IMG/VR virus record: IMGVR_UViG_3300007965_000002
Location: 1 to 64,000 of that record
DNA length: 64,000 bases
Direction: 5' to 3' (one strand)
Source: a virus
Taxonomy: Duplodnaviria; Caudoviricetes
Shown: positions 9,625-18,965 of the stretch, piece by piece
How positions within the stretch are numbered: the first letter of the stretch is position 1
Layout: each line of letters begins with the position of its first letter
The notes under the pieces: model-generated
Told to the model about the DNA's origin: nothing
The model's input: only the letters and a program-made list of their open reading frames with translations
Databases searched by the model: none
Position numbers and translations under genes: made by a program

Positions 9625-9911
9625 GTCTATTATACCTACCGTTTAGCATTAGTACAGGCATTACTTTATCTGTATGTGCCTTAGTATTAATGCTTATAGA
9701 CCTATTAAATAATAAAATAACTAATGATGAAGAATTACGCATCGATTTAAGGTTTAAGTTTATAAGAGATGTGAATCTAAATTGTAGATTAAATAGCTTC
9801 TATAGCACTAGTAATAGTGTGAATAGAACAAAAGCGTATCACCAATCAATTTTACGAGAAATAATTATAAACAAGTTCAGTCTTGAATATTTAAAGGAAT
9901 TTAACAAATGA
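9615..9911 (+). CDS. membrane protein
   Basis: N-terminal hydrophobic helix. Confidence 0.6.
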   Translation: MELSLLYLPFSISTGITLSVCALVLMLIDLLNNKITNDEELRIDLRFKFIRDVNLNCRLNSFYSTSNSVNRTKAYHQSILREIIINKFSLEYLKEFNK

Positions 9912-10210
9912 AGAAATTATTATTAGTAGCAGTATTAGCCACACTAGTAACCCCTGCAGAAGCTAGAGTAGAAGCTTACGAAGCTATGGGTAACGTAGTA
10001 GAAGTAATGACATGTGTAGAAGCAGGTAAAACAAAAATCGAAGCATTATTCCATAATGGCCCACGATATAATCAATGGACTAAGATACGAGATATGCGTC
10101 AAGTATCGGCTATGGAGTTTGAATTTTTAGTAGCCAATAACTACAATGATAACTTTAGCTGGTATCGTGCTGATACCTTTAGTCAAATTCGCTGTGAGGG
10201 AGATAAGTAA
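9908..10210 (+). CDS. secreted hypothetical protein
   Basis: Signal peptide MKKLLLVAVLATLVTPAEA. Confidence 0.65.
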   Translation: MKKLLLVAVLATLVTPAEARVEAYEAMGNVVEVMTCVEAGKTKIEALFHNGPRYNQWTKIRDMRQVSAMEFEFLVANNYNDNFSWYRADTFSQIRCEGDK

Positions 10211-10818
10211 TGAATAAGATTTTATTAGGAGCTACAATTATATTGGCTAGCCTATTTACTACACCAGCACTAGCTTATACAGCTAATTGCTCTACACAGA
10301 TTAATAGTATTGATGGTCTAAGTGATACAGTTAAACAGACTATGATTGTCCAGTGTGAGCAGAATAAGTTAAAAGAAGCCACAACAACAAGCCCAAGTAT
10401 TAATACTTCTAGTATAGAAAATATGGATAAATGGTCTGAGATTTCTCTACGCTTTGCTAAAGCTATTGGTGTTGCTGCTAAAGAGTTTGGTGTAGCAGTA
10501 GATGACTTTTTAAAAACTGATGCAGGTAAGTTAACGGCAGTTTTCATTGGTTGGCAGGTATTTGGGGATGACCTAATTTCCTACTCTATTAGCTTAATAG
10601 TTCTATTAATAATGGTATTAGGTTGTAGAGCTTTCCGCAGACACCTATCATTAGAGGGTTATGAGGAACAAAAACGTACACTATTTGGTTTTGATATGGG
10701 TAGCAAGAAAGTACCTTTATACACTCCTTGGCGTTCAACTAATGAAAACGCCTCAGTAATGATTGTATTAAGTTATATAATCCAGTTAATTGTGTGTCTA
10801 ATTATTGTATTACACTAA
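10210..10818 (+). CDS. signal-peptide plus TM membrane protein
   Basis: Signal peptide ending ALA, two C-terminal TM segments. Confidence 0.7.
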   Translation: MNKILLGATIILASLFTTPALAYTANCSTQINSIDGLSDTVKQTMIVQCEQNKLKEATTTSPSINTSSIENMDKWSEISLRFAKAIGVAAKEFGVAVDDFLKTDAGKLTAVFIGWQVFGDDLISYSISLIVLLIMVLGCRAFRRHLSLEGYEEQKRTLFGFDMGSKKVPLYTPWRSTNENASVMIVLSYIIQLIVCLIIVLH

Positions 10819-10834
10819 AGAAGCATTAAAACTA

Positions 10835-10895
10835 AAAAAGCACTTCCTAAGGGGGGTGCTTTTTCTGTATAATAGCTTTATAGAATCAAGAAAGG
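10835..10895 (+). promoter_or_regulatory. terminator-promoter-RBS cassette, copy 3 (variant)
   Basis: AAAAAGCACTTCCTAAGGGGGGTGCTTTTTCTGTATAATAGCTTTATAGAATCAAGAAAGG. Confidence 0.8.
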
Positions 10896-10905
10896 AAATA
10901 AAGAA

Positions 10906-11427
10906 ATGAAAGACTATTATTTATATGCTATCGTAGTAGAGAACCGTATTTGGGGCGAGTTATCGGTATGTGCTGGTAACCATTATGAGATACACGCTAT
11001 ACCTGTAGTACCTAATGAGTCAGAGGAAGATACTGTATCTTCTTACGTATGGGAAATGCAAGCTGATTGTTCTAGTTCATACGGAAGCCCTTCTTGTACT
11101 TGCATTAACTGCGGGGATGATGTAGATGACTGTGAGTGTGATGAACCAGATATAGAGGATGAAGAAGAAAGCTCATTCATTGAAAGTAACTCAGATGCAC
11201 GTTGGGTTAAGTATGATGAAACAGATGAAGACCATATACTATGTCCAGGAGCAGAGGAGTATCGTGATACTAGTGTCCTGAATAAATTTCTACGAGTACG
11301 TGAATTAGAAAACAAAGAACAAGAGATGGGTCGTGTTAACAGTAAGATTCTTAGCTTAGAAGATGAACTATCACGCCTAATTGCTTTACGGGATAAACTA
11401 AACCTAGAACTAAAGGAATTAAAATAA
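10906..11427 (+). CDS. acidic hypothetical protein with a Cys cluster
   Basis: CTCINCG..DCECD and a C-terminal coiled coil. Confidence 0.7.
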   Translation: MKDYYLYAIVVENRIWGELSVCAGNHYEIHAIPVVPNESEEDTVSSYVWEMQADCSSSYGSPSCTCINCGDDVDDCECDEPDIEDEEESSFIESNSDARWVKYDETDEDHILCPGAEEYRDTSVLNKFLRVRELENKEQEMGRVNSKILSLEDELSRLIALRDKLNLELKELK

Positions 11428-11753
11428 TGAAACAGTTATATAGACTACAAGACCAAGTTACTGCCTTAGCTACATTTGCAAGTATCCTAGGATACCATAT
11501 TACCAAAACCAAAGGTACATGGCATATCTGGAGAGAGGTATGGAGCAAAGATGGCCTCTTATTAGATAAACCTAGACGTAAGTATATTTCACTAGAGAAG
11601 ATGGTATCCCTGTATAACCGTGGTTCTAACTCTATCTATGTAAGTAAAGAGCATTTTAATATTGCGCCTAGTAGCTTTAGTGCATTAGTATTAAAACTAC
11701 CACGTGAACCATTAACTATTAATCGTAAGACATTACGTGACTATAAGGTATAG
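11427..11753 (+). CDS. basic hypothetical protein
   Basis: TAATG-coupled ORF. Confidence 0.65.
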   Translation: MKQLYRLQDQVTALATFASILGYHITKTKGTWHIWREVWSKDGLLLDKPRRKYISLEKMVSLYNRGSNSIYVSKEHFNIAPSSFSALVLKLPREPLTINRKTLRDYKV

Positions 11754-11756
11754 ACC

Positions 11757-12626
11757 ATGATTAAATTTTCAGAAGATAGTTCAATTCAATTTGATAAACC
11801 TACAGTATATTTTAATGGTGGGGAAGTACACACTACAGTAAAGTGGGGAAGTTACAAATTAAACAAAATTAAGCTGGAAGCTCTTATCAAGACAGCAGAT
11901 GACCTAATGGAATTAGTTATGGTTAAAGATGCTATTGATAGATTGAACGTATTCACTAGACAACCAGTAGTACTAACTATGCCTTATATACCTTATGCTA
12001 GACAGGATAGAGTAGCTAATGTAGGTGAGGCCTTAGGTATTAAAGTATTTGCCGATATGCTAAATGCTATGAACTTTGACAAGGTAGTAGTATCAGACTC
12101 GCATAGTCCTGTAGCCCTAGCATTGATTAAAAATGTTATGGAGATTCCACAAGAAGCTTTACTAGTTAATGTATACCATAGCCATAGTGGTTTCCATTCA
12201 CAAGATATGGTATTAGCACCTGATGTTGGTTCGCTTAAAAAAGCTAAGAAATTTGCGGATAAACTTGAGCTACCACTTTTAACTGCTACTAAGTCTAGAA
12301 ATACTTCTACAGGCATGCTATCTAACGTAGAGATACAGTTTACTAATCAGTTAACTATTGAGTATGTTAAAGATAGAATTAGTAAGGGTGGTAAGTTACT
12401 TATTGTAGATGATATTTGTGATGGTGGTGGAACATTCCTAGGATTAGGTAGTGCTCTGGTAGAAAAAGGATTGCTAAGAGGTAAACCTCGTGATGCAGGT
12501 GATGAACAAGAATTTTCAGGAGCAGCGTTACTAGTAACTCATGGTATTTTTGCTAAAAATGCTAAAGTTAGATTAAGTAAATACTATGAAGTTGTAGCCG
12601 CAGCTTATGACTGGACTAAGGAGTAA
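11757..12626 (+). CDS. prs: ribose-phosphate pyrophosphokinase-like (Prs / possible ADPR-PP synthetase)
   Basis: FNGGE, MPYIPYARQDR, DSHS, LAPDVG, IVDDICDGGGTF, VTHGIF. Confidence 0.9.
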   Translation: MIKFSEDSSIQFDKPTVYFNGGEVHTTVKWGSYKLNKIKLEALIKTADDLMELVMVKDAIDRLNVFTRQPVVLTMPYIPYARQDRVANVGEALGIKVFADMLNAMNFDKVVVSDSHSPVALALIKNVMEIPQEALLVNVYHSHSGFHSQDMVLAPDVGSLKKAKKFADKLELPLLTATKSRNTSTGMLSNVEIQFTNQLTIEYVKDRISKGGKLLIVDDICDGGGTFLGLGSALVEKGLLRGKPRDAGDEQEFSGAALLVTHGIFAKNAKVRLSKYYEVVAAAYDWTKE

Positions 12627-12628
12627 TT

Positions 12629-12895
12629 ATGTTGGTATTATTTATTATATATATTTTATCGTTTGCTACCTTAATGGCTATAGGAGTTTCCACTCTTGTA
12701 CATAAAGACTATAGACATGAAATATATTCAAAAGAGTTTAAAGAGAAATTAGCCAGCCTAGGTTCAGGTAATATTAGTTCCAATGAACAACTAAGAATTA
12801 ACATAGGTATATCTATTATATTTTTAGCCTTAATACCTATACTTAATACACTTACAATTACATCTGCAATAATTATAAAATGGAGAACTAAATGA
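12629..12895 (+). CDS. small membrane protein
   Basis: Two TM helices; ALIPILN motif shared with the next ORF. Confidence 0.65.
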   Translation: MLVLFIIYILSFATLMAIGVSTLVHKDYRHEIYSKEFKEKLASLGSGNISSNEQLRINIGISIIFLALIPILNTLTITSAIIIKWRTK

Positions 12896-13152
12896 TTTAC
12901 TTAATACTACTATATATACTACCAGTACTACTACTATGGGCTTGTGCTGGGTGGATATTTCTAAACCCAGACCACCCTAAATTTTCTAGAGTATATAATG
13001 ACCCACAAATTAAGCTACACTTTGCAGAAGTATTTAATGAAGTCCCTACAAAGGATAAACTAGCTGGCTCATTGGCTCTAGGGACATGTATTTTAGCATG
13101 TATACCTATTTTAAATATACTTTCTATTGCAGCGTTTATACAACTAAAATAG
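12892..13152 (+). CDS. small membrane protein
   Basis: Two TM helices; ACIPILN motif. Confidence 0.65.
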   Translation: MIYLILLYILPVLLLWACAGWIFLNPDHPKFSRVYNDPQIKLHFAEVFNEVPTKDKLAGSLALGTCILACIPILNILSIAAFIQLK

Positions 13153-13161
13153 ATAATTTCC

Positions 13162-13190
13162 TTCCATTAAAGCTATTATTAACGTATAAT
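13162..13190 (+). promoter_or_regulatory. early promoter
   Basis: TTCCAT-17-TATAAT; inverted repeat AAAGCTATTA/TAATAGCTTT spans the -10. Confidence 0.75.
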
Positions 13191-13221
13191 AGCTTTATTG
13201 GATTGGGAAAGGTACAAAACA

Positions 13222-13407
13222 ATGAAACCTAAAGCATTAAAACATATTAAAATGGATGCTGAGCCTACTTATGGAGCAGCAGCAATGAAACCTAAAGTAG
13301 ATAATACGCCAAGTTGTAAAGTATCTAATCTAGAATATAGAGTTTCACAATTAGAAAGAACAGTTAAAATGTTATTAGATGCATTAACAGATTACAAAGG
13401 AAAATAA
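13222..13407 (+). CDS. hypothetical protein
   Basis: AAGG RBS before ATG 13222. Confidence 0.6.
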   Translation: MKPKALKHIKMDAEPTYGAAAMKPKVDNTPSCKVSNLEYRVSQLERTVKMLLDALTDYKGK

Positions 13408-13408
13408 A

Positions 13409-13804
13409 ATGGAAAACGTATACGGTACATTAAAAGGTGACTTAATTGTTATGCGTCGCCACAAGAAGGCAGATAGAATTAAGTTCTACTCATTCCTATT
13501 AGGTGAAATTGACCGAGCAGGTAAAGACCATAGCAATGAAGCTGTTATCAAAGTTTTAACTACAGTACAGAAGCAGTTATCAAAGTCTGCTGTACCAAAT
13601 GAGCTAGAGATTCGTATTATCGGTAACTACTTACCTAAAGTAATGACTAATGATGAAGTAATCCAGTTCTTAATGGAAACTAACCCAATGGGTCAAAAGA
13701 TGGGTGATGTAGTTAAGTCACTTAATATCTTCGCTAAATCAGAGAATAAAACTGTTAATGGTAAAGATGCCATTGACTTAATTAAAAAATACTTAGGGGT
13801 TTAA
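13409..13804 (+). CDS. YqeY/GatB-domain-like protein
   Basis: LLGEI....K, EL.II..YLP..MT..E pattern. Confidence 0.65.
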   Translation: MENVYGTLKGDLIVMRRHKKADRIKFYSFLLGEIDRAGKDHSNEAVIKVLTTVQKQLSKSAVPNELEIRIIGNYLPKVMTNDEVIQFLMETNPMGQKMGDVVKSLNIFAKSENKTVNGKDAIDLIKKYLGV

Positions 13805-13807
13805 CAT

Positions 13808-14692
13808 ATGAACTTACAGAAAATGAATAGTATGGAACGTTTATCTCATGAAGTTATGCCTATGACCTTACAGGATATGTATAAGAGCTTTCACAAGTTC
13901 GCTACAAAACCGGGAGTAGCTTATAACTACTCTAATTTAACACCACGTCATGGTAAGCACTCTAATACCAAGTTAAATGGTGTAGTAACAGTAGGAGCAC
14001 AGTATTTAGTTAAGGAAATCTTAATTAAACTATTTAATCGTGACTTCTTTTGTCGTAATAAAGCTGAAATAATTGCCGAGTATAAGTACTTTATTGAAGG
14101 AGCATTATTTAAGCAGGTAGATACTACCCATATTGAAGCACTACATGACTTAGGGTATTTACCTTTACGTATCAAAGCTTTACCTGAGGGTACTTTTGTT
14201 CCTTATGGTGTACCTACGGTAACAATGCAAAATACAGTACCAGGTTTTGGTTGGCTAGTAGGTGCTTTAGAGGATGAATTTAGTGCTGAGATTTGGCCTA
14301 TTACAACTTCTGCTACTACAGCGTTTAACTACTTAATCACGTTTGAGAAGTCTCGTATTGCAAAAGAAATGATTCCATTCATGGGTCATGACTTTAGTTA
14401 TCGTGGACTACCTGGACATGTAGCAGCAGGTATGATTGGTTTCGGCCACCTAACCTCATTCTATGGTTCTGATACCACACCAGCAGCTATCTTTGCTTGG
14501 AAGTATTACGGAGCTGACGTAGGTGGAGCATTTGCTGGTCATGATGTAGAGCCTATATTTGCCTCTGTTAACGCTACTGAACACTCAGTAGCTACTAGTG
14601 CAATAACTACTATTGAGAATGAATTAAGAGATACAGGTAAATATAAAGGAAAAACTAATAATGAATGGATTAGAGAATTGGAAGGATATTAG
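13808..14692 (+). CDS. nadV: nicotinamide phosphoribosyltransferase family (Nampt/Namat), N-terminal fragment
   Basis: YSNLTPR, YLPLRIKALPEGT, HDFSYRG, FYGSDT, ATEHS; ends about 30 aa after EHS. Confidence 0.85.
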   Translation: MNLQKMNSMERLSHEVMPMTLQDMYKSFHKFATKPGVAYNYSNLTPRHGKHSNTKLNGVVTVGAQYLVKEILIKLFNRDFFCRNKAEIIAEYKYFIEGALFKQVDTTHIEALHDLGYLPLRIKALPEGTFVPYGVPTVTMQNTVPGFGWLVGALEDEFSAEIWPITTSATTAFNYLITFEKSRIAKEMIPFMGHDFSYRGLPGHVAAGMIGFGHLTSFYGSDTTPAAIFAWKYYGADVGGAFAGHDVEPIFASVNATEHSVATSAITTIENELRDTGKYKGKTNNEWIRELEGY

Positions 14693-15257
14693 GGGTTATG
14701 AGGGGCTCTACCAAGTATCTGACCAAGGAAATGTTAGATCCTTAACTAGGACAGTTCAACAAATTTGTGGTCTAAATGGTAAGGAAGTTACTAGAAAGTA
14801 CCTTGGTAAGGTTCTTAAGTTCAACTCAGACAGGAAAGGTTATCTGTACTTATCTTTAAGTACAGAGGGTAAACAGAAAACATTTAAAGTGCATAGATTA
14901 GTGGCTGAACATTTTATACCTAACCCACAAAATCTACCGGAAGTGAATCATCTTTATGGTAAAAAAGAAGATAATAGGGTATCTAGCCTAGAATGGAGTA
15001 CCTCTAGTGGGAATAAGAAACATGCTATTAATATGGGATTAAAAGAGAATCCTTTTGGAGATAAAGCTCATAACTATCGTGGAGATGTAGAAGTATACAA
15101 TAAAGAAGAAAAACTAATTGATATACTTAAAGGACACAAAGATATAATAAGTAAAGGTTACTCCTCTTCTGGTGTTAGTGCGTGCTTAACAGGTAGACAA
15201 AAGACCCATAGAGGGTGTACATTTAAATTAATACATAAGGATAGACACAATGGATAA
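14661..15257 (+). mobile_element. free-standing NUMOD4-HNH homing endonuclease inserted in the Nampt gene
   Basis: WKDIRGYEGLYQVSDQGNVRS (NUMOD4), VHRLVA..F, VNH..GKKEDN...LEW (HNH), C-terminal NUMOD1-like SACLTGRQKTHRG; own RBS. Confidence 0.9.
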
Positions 15258-16131
15258 TAAGTTACTAGCAGAAGTTTTACATATGAAAGAATTAATGACA
15301 GAAGTTGCACCTACTGGCATACTATCTATGGTAGCAGATAGTTATGACTTTTGGTCAGTAGTATCTATAGGACTACCTCTACTAAAAAATACCATCATGG
15401 CTCGGGATGGTACACTAGTTATTCGTCCTGACTCCGGTGACCCAGTTAAGATTGTTTGTGGTTACAAACTATTTAGTAAGTTTAAGTTTGAAACCCTAAA
15501 TGACGCACTTGGCCATGCAAGCGCATTCCCACAAGACACATATGACTATGAAGTATATGAGTTAGAAGATGGACGCTTCGTTGATATAGAACGTGGTTGT
15601 TACGTAGAGAAACATGAAGTTAAAGGATTAATTGAATGTTTATGGGATATTTTCGGTGGTACTACTGATACAGAGGGTTATCGTACTCTAGACTCACATA
15701 TTGGAGCAATCTATGGTGACTCTATTACGTTAGCTCGTTCAGCAGAGTTCATTGAACGTCTAGAAGCTAAGATGTTTATCCCTACATGTGTTCAGGGTAT
15801 TGGTAGTTTTTCATATCAATACGTTACCCGTGATACTCATGGCTTTGCGATGAAGTCCACGGCGATTAAGTTTGAGTGGAACAGAGAGTGGACTCCTATA
15901 TGGAAAGAGCCTGCTACTGACTCAGGTAAGAACTCTGCAAAGGGTCTTATGATGGTTAAGTCTTTCAATGATAATACTATGTATCAATTAGTAGAGAATG
16001 TATCAGCGGATATGGAAGCACGTGGCGCCTTAGATATTATCTTTGAAGATAGTGTACTATTTAAGGAAACTACACTTACTGAAATTCGTAACAATATCAA
16101 GAACATTAATCGCTCTTTAGCTATCAAATAA
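15250..16131 (+). CDS. nadV: nicotinamide phosphoribosyltransferase family, C-terminal fragment
   Basis: PTGILSMVADSYD, IRPDSGDP, IYGDSIT, GIGSFSYQYVTRDT.GFAMK, KNSAKG; own AAGGA RBS. Confidence 0.85.
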   Translation: MDNKLLAEVLHMKELMTEVAPTGILSMVADSYDFWSVVSIGLPLLKNTIMARDGTLVIRPDSGDPVKIVCGYKLFSKFKFETLNDALGHASAFPQDTYDYEVYELEDGRFVDIERGCYVEKHEVKGLIECLWDIFGGTTDTEGYRTLDSHIGAIYGDSITLARSAEFIERLEAKMFIPTCVQGIGSFSYQYVTRDTHGFAMKSTAIKFEWNREWTPIWKEPATDSGKNSAKGLMMVKSFNDNTMYQLVENVSADMEARGALDIIFEDSVLFKETTLTEIRNNIKNINRSLAIK

Positions 16132-16143
16132 GCTGTAACGTTG

Positions 16144-16203
16144 AAAAAGCACTTCCATTGGAGGTGCTTTTTGCGTATAATAGCTTTATAGAATTGAGAA
16201 AGG
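16144..16203 (+). promoter_or_regulatory. terminator-promoter-RBS cassette, copy 4
   Basis: Identical to copy 2 at 8821. Confidence 0.85.
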
Positions 16204-16212
16204 GAACGAATA

Positions 16213-16707
16213 ATGGAAAAGCAAATAATAGAAGCAGCAAATAACCTTATGAGATACATACTAATAGCCTATGGTTTTGAACTAAAACATAGAGTTACTA
16301 TTAAATTTGACTTAAAAGGTCGTGCAGCAGGCGAAGCTATCTACTATGTGGAAGATGATGCTTTCGTTATTCGTTTTAACAAAGAAGCTGGCCTAGATTT
16401 TATAATATCAGATACTTTACCACACGAAATGGCTCATGTATTGGAAGCTGCTTTTGGAGGTAAAATGTCGCATGGTAAAGCTTGGAACTATTACTGTCTT
16501 GAGTTAGGTGGTACAGGTTTAACATACCACTCTCTAGACCTGACACCTGCTAGAAAAACTAGAATGTTCCTTTACGTAGTAAAGGGTGAACATTGTGAGT
16601 TAACCATTATTAGACATAATAGAATACAAAAGAAAGATATGTTCTACATATCCAACGATACTGGTAACGAAATTAGAAAACAACACTTTGTAAAGGAAAT
16701 TATATAA
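16213..16707 (+). CDS. SprT-like zinc metalloprotease domain protein
   Basis: LKGRAAG, TLPHEMAH, HG.AW, C..LGG..H. Confidence 0.8.
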   Translation: MEKQIIEAANNLMRYILIAYGFELKHRVTIKFDLKGRAAGEAIYYVEDDAFVIRFNKEAGLDFIISDTLPHEMAHVLEAAFGGKMSHGKAWNYYCLELGGTGLTYHSLDLTPARKTRMFLYVVKGEHCELTIIRHNRIQKKDMFYISNDTGNEIRKQHFVKEII

Positions 16708-17000
16708 TGAAAGATAGAGGCAAGACATTCTTTAATAACTCATTCAACGAGACTGGATACATTAAGTGGCAAATTAAGTCGGGTAAAGATAGAACATATA
16801 AGGGCGACATATTAGATGGTAGTTTAATTATTGCGGACTGTAATAGTAATATATGCCTAGATTTTGATTGTGAAGAAGCACATCAAGTAGCCAAGCGCAT
16901 TGAGAAACTTGATGTAATGATAACTGAATTAAACCGTATGCGCGAAGCTTTAGTTAAAGCTAACACCGAAATTACAACAACCAAAAAGTTCTATTACTAG
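16707..17000 (+). CDS. hypothetical protein
   Basis: TAATG-coupled ORF. Confidence 0.65.
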   Translation: MKDRGKTFFNNSFNETGYIKWQIKSGKDRTYKGDILDGSLIIADCNSNICLDFDCEEAHQVAKRIEKLDVMITELNRMREALVKANTEITTTKKFYY

Positions 17001-17009
17001 GAGAAATAC

Positions 17010-17234
17010 ATGGGTTTATTTATTTATTTACTACTAAGCTACGTTATTACATCATATGTGCTTAGTTTTTTATTTATAGTTGATTTAATAGTAGTACCAG
17101 AAAAAATGGCACATTTTACAATAAAAGAGCGTGTAGTTATAATTGTATTTATGCCTGTAATGTTTATACTAGCTTTACTGCGTATTATCTGGGAAGTATC
17201 AGTAGCCTTTTATCGGAGAAACCGAAATGTTTAA
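17010..17234 (+). CDS. small membrane protein
   Basis: Two TM helices, GGAG RBS. Confidence 0.6.
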   Translation: MGLFIYLLLSYVITSYVLSFLFIVDLIVVPEKMAHFTIKERVVIIVFMPVMFILALLRIIWEVSVAFYRRNRNV

Positions 17235-17580
17235 AACAGAAACAACATTTGAAGCAAAAGTATCCGTTACATTCTTAGATGAAGATATGGCCTTCGAATA
17301 CTTCATCCTAGGTGAATGGGCTAAGATATTTACTAAGTATCATGACCTAAAAGAAGTAGCAGAAGATATTGCTGGTACATTTATGTCGCAAAGTGAGACT
17401 TGGAACTCTAAGTATAGAGCACATAAATGGTTAGAAGGATACGGAACCTTTGTAAAAGATAACATTAATGGCTATTATTTACTGGATACAGAATTATTTA
17501 AACCGGATAACTTTCCTGGTGTAATTATAATTACAGTAGAACAAGAATTAGAGGCTTACCACTCAGAGGTAGTTGAATAA
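17227..17580 (+). CDS. hypothetical protein
   Basis: Operonic ORF. Confidence 0.65.
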   Translation: MFKTETTFEAKVSVTFLDEDMAFEYFILGEWAKIFTKYHDLKEVAEDIAGTFMSQSETWNSKYRAHKWLEGYGTFVKDNINGYYLLDTELFKPDNFPGVIIITVEQELEAYHSEVVE

Positions 17581-17828
17581 TGACTAAGATAGTAGCCTTA
17601 ATAGTTCTAGGTACTATTCTAATGGTCAATGGTATAGCTGGGTTTGTTCAGATATACAGTTTAGAATTAAGTACACAGCTAGAAAATAAGAAGCAAGAAG
17701 TAGTAGAGTTAACTGAGAAAGTAGAGACTCAGCGACGAGCTTTAACTAAAGCTAAATATGATATAGCCCAAGCTCATAAGTATGCTGTATCCCAGAAAAC
17801 CCTATGTAAAGTAAGGAATAAAGAATAA
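17580..17828 (+). CDS. TM plus coiled-coil protein
   Basis: N-terminal TM helix. Confidence 0.6.
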   Translation: MTKIVALIVLGTILMVNGIAGFVQIYSLELSTQLENKKQEVVELTEKVETQRRALTKAKYDIAQAHKYAVSQKTLCKVRNKE

Positions 17829-18160
17829 TGCTAGATGCCAACCTAAGACACCTACCAATCAATAAACAATGCTTCATTAAAGTACATCACTGTGCTACGG
17901 GTTCATTCCTACATGACTTAGGTGTTCGTAATGAAGATATAATGATAGCTACTATGTTAGAGAAAAGCCATAGAGACCCCGCTATTATGCTATGTGTACC
18001 TTCGGGTGAAGTAGTGATACTTGCAGGTAGTCCAGAGGAATACTGGCTTGCTTATGAAGGAGCAATAACCCTTAGAGACTTCATTAACGAAGAATCCAGA
18101 ACAAAAGCTGCTGCTATACTAGCTAAAGGAAACCGATTTAACTTAAAAAAGACTACCTAA
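17828..18160 (+). CDS. hypothetical protein
   Basis: TAATG-coupled ORF. Confidence 0.6.
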   Translation: MLDANLRHLPINKQCFIKVHHCATGSFLHDLGVRNEDIMIATMLEKSHRDPAIMLCVPSGEVVILAGSPEEYWLAYEGAITLRDFINEESRTKAAAILAKGNRFNLKKTT

Positions 18161-18205
18161 GGGTGGTCTTTTTTGCTTTACAAAGTCATCAAAATTAGGT
18201 ATAAT
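18145..18205 (+). promoter_or_regulatory. terminator followed by early promoter
   Basis: GACTACC-TAAG-GGTGGTC-T6, then TTTACA-17-TATAAT (18177-18205). Confidence 0.75.
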
Positions 18206-18234
18206 AGTTCTATAAATTGAGGAGAGAACTAACC

Positions 18235-18756
18235 ATGACATTTACAGAACATTTACTAAGTAGACATATGAACCTAGATGGTTATTGGGTAGACCTTGAT
18301 AAAGAATTAGTTACATTTCCTCTATGGGGCATAAATCAAGCCTTAGCAGGTACGTTACAGTATAACTGGAAAGGTGAGAAGAAAGGCAAGCATTGTAAAG
18401 AAACAAGTAAGTATTACTTAATAAACCGTAAAGGCATGTATGCACCTTACGGACTAGAAACACTGAACCCTGAGTTAAAGAACATATACGTAGTTGAGGG
18501 AGCTTTCGATGCTCTAGCAGTACGAAACTTAGGATATAACTGTTTAGCTCTATTAACTAACAACCCTAAGCACTTAGTATCTACACTAAATGTATTACGT
18601 AGTAAAGGACATAATATAGTAGCCCTTTGTGAGGGAGATAAAGCAGGTAAAGAGTTAGCCAAATATGGTGATACAGCTCTTTACTTACCAGATAACGAAG
18701 ATGCAAGCTCACTTCCTCAAGAAGTACTTGCATTTATACTAGAGGAAATGAAATAA
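18235..18756 (+). CDS. Toprim-domain (primase-like) protein
   Basis: YVVEGAFDAL, EGDKAG Toprim motifs; no zinc-binding domain seen. Confidence 0.75.
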   Translation: MTFTEHLLSRHMNLDGYWVDLDKELVTFPLWGINQALAGTLQYNWKGEKKGKHCKETSKYYLINRKGMYAPYGLETLNPELKNIYVVEGAFDALAVRNLGYNCLALLTNNPKHLVSTLNVLRSKGHNIVALCEGDKAGKELAKYGDTALYLPDNEDASSLPQEVLAFILEEMK

Positions 18757-18965
18757 TGACTATTGAGCAATTAGAGCTTATAATGGAATTGATTTACCAA
18801 GAGATACTACGAGTACAGGCAGAGACAACAGAGTATGTACTACCTAGTTCTAGAATTAGTATTGAAAAACTTAAAACTAAGCGTATTCTAGAACTACAAG
18901 AAATTATGCTAGAGATAAACGATTTGATATTCGCCAAACAGATGGAGGAGGCATTCAATGAATAA
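18756..18965 (+). CDS. hypothetical protein
   Basis: Coupled ORF. Confidence 0.6.
   Translation: MTIEQLELIMELIYQEILRVQAETTEYVLPSSRISIEKLKTKRILELQEIMLEINDLIFAKQMEEAFNE

Noticed and set aside
14640-15260. Group I intron or intein in the Nampt gene
   Set aside because: The HNH ORF fills the whole gap and overlaps both halves, so there is no room for P3-P9 core elements. The frames differ, so it is not an intein, and both downstream ORFs have their own RBS.
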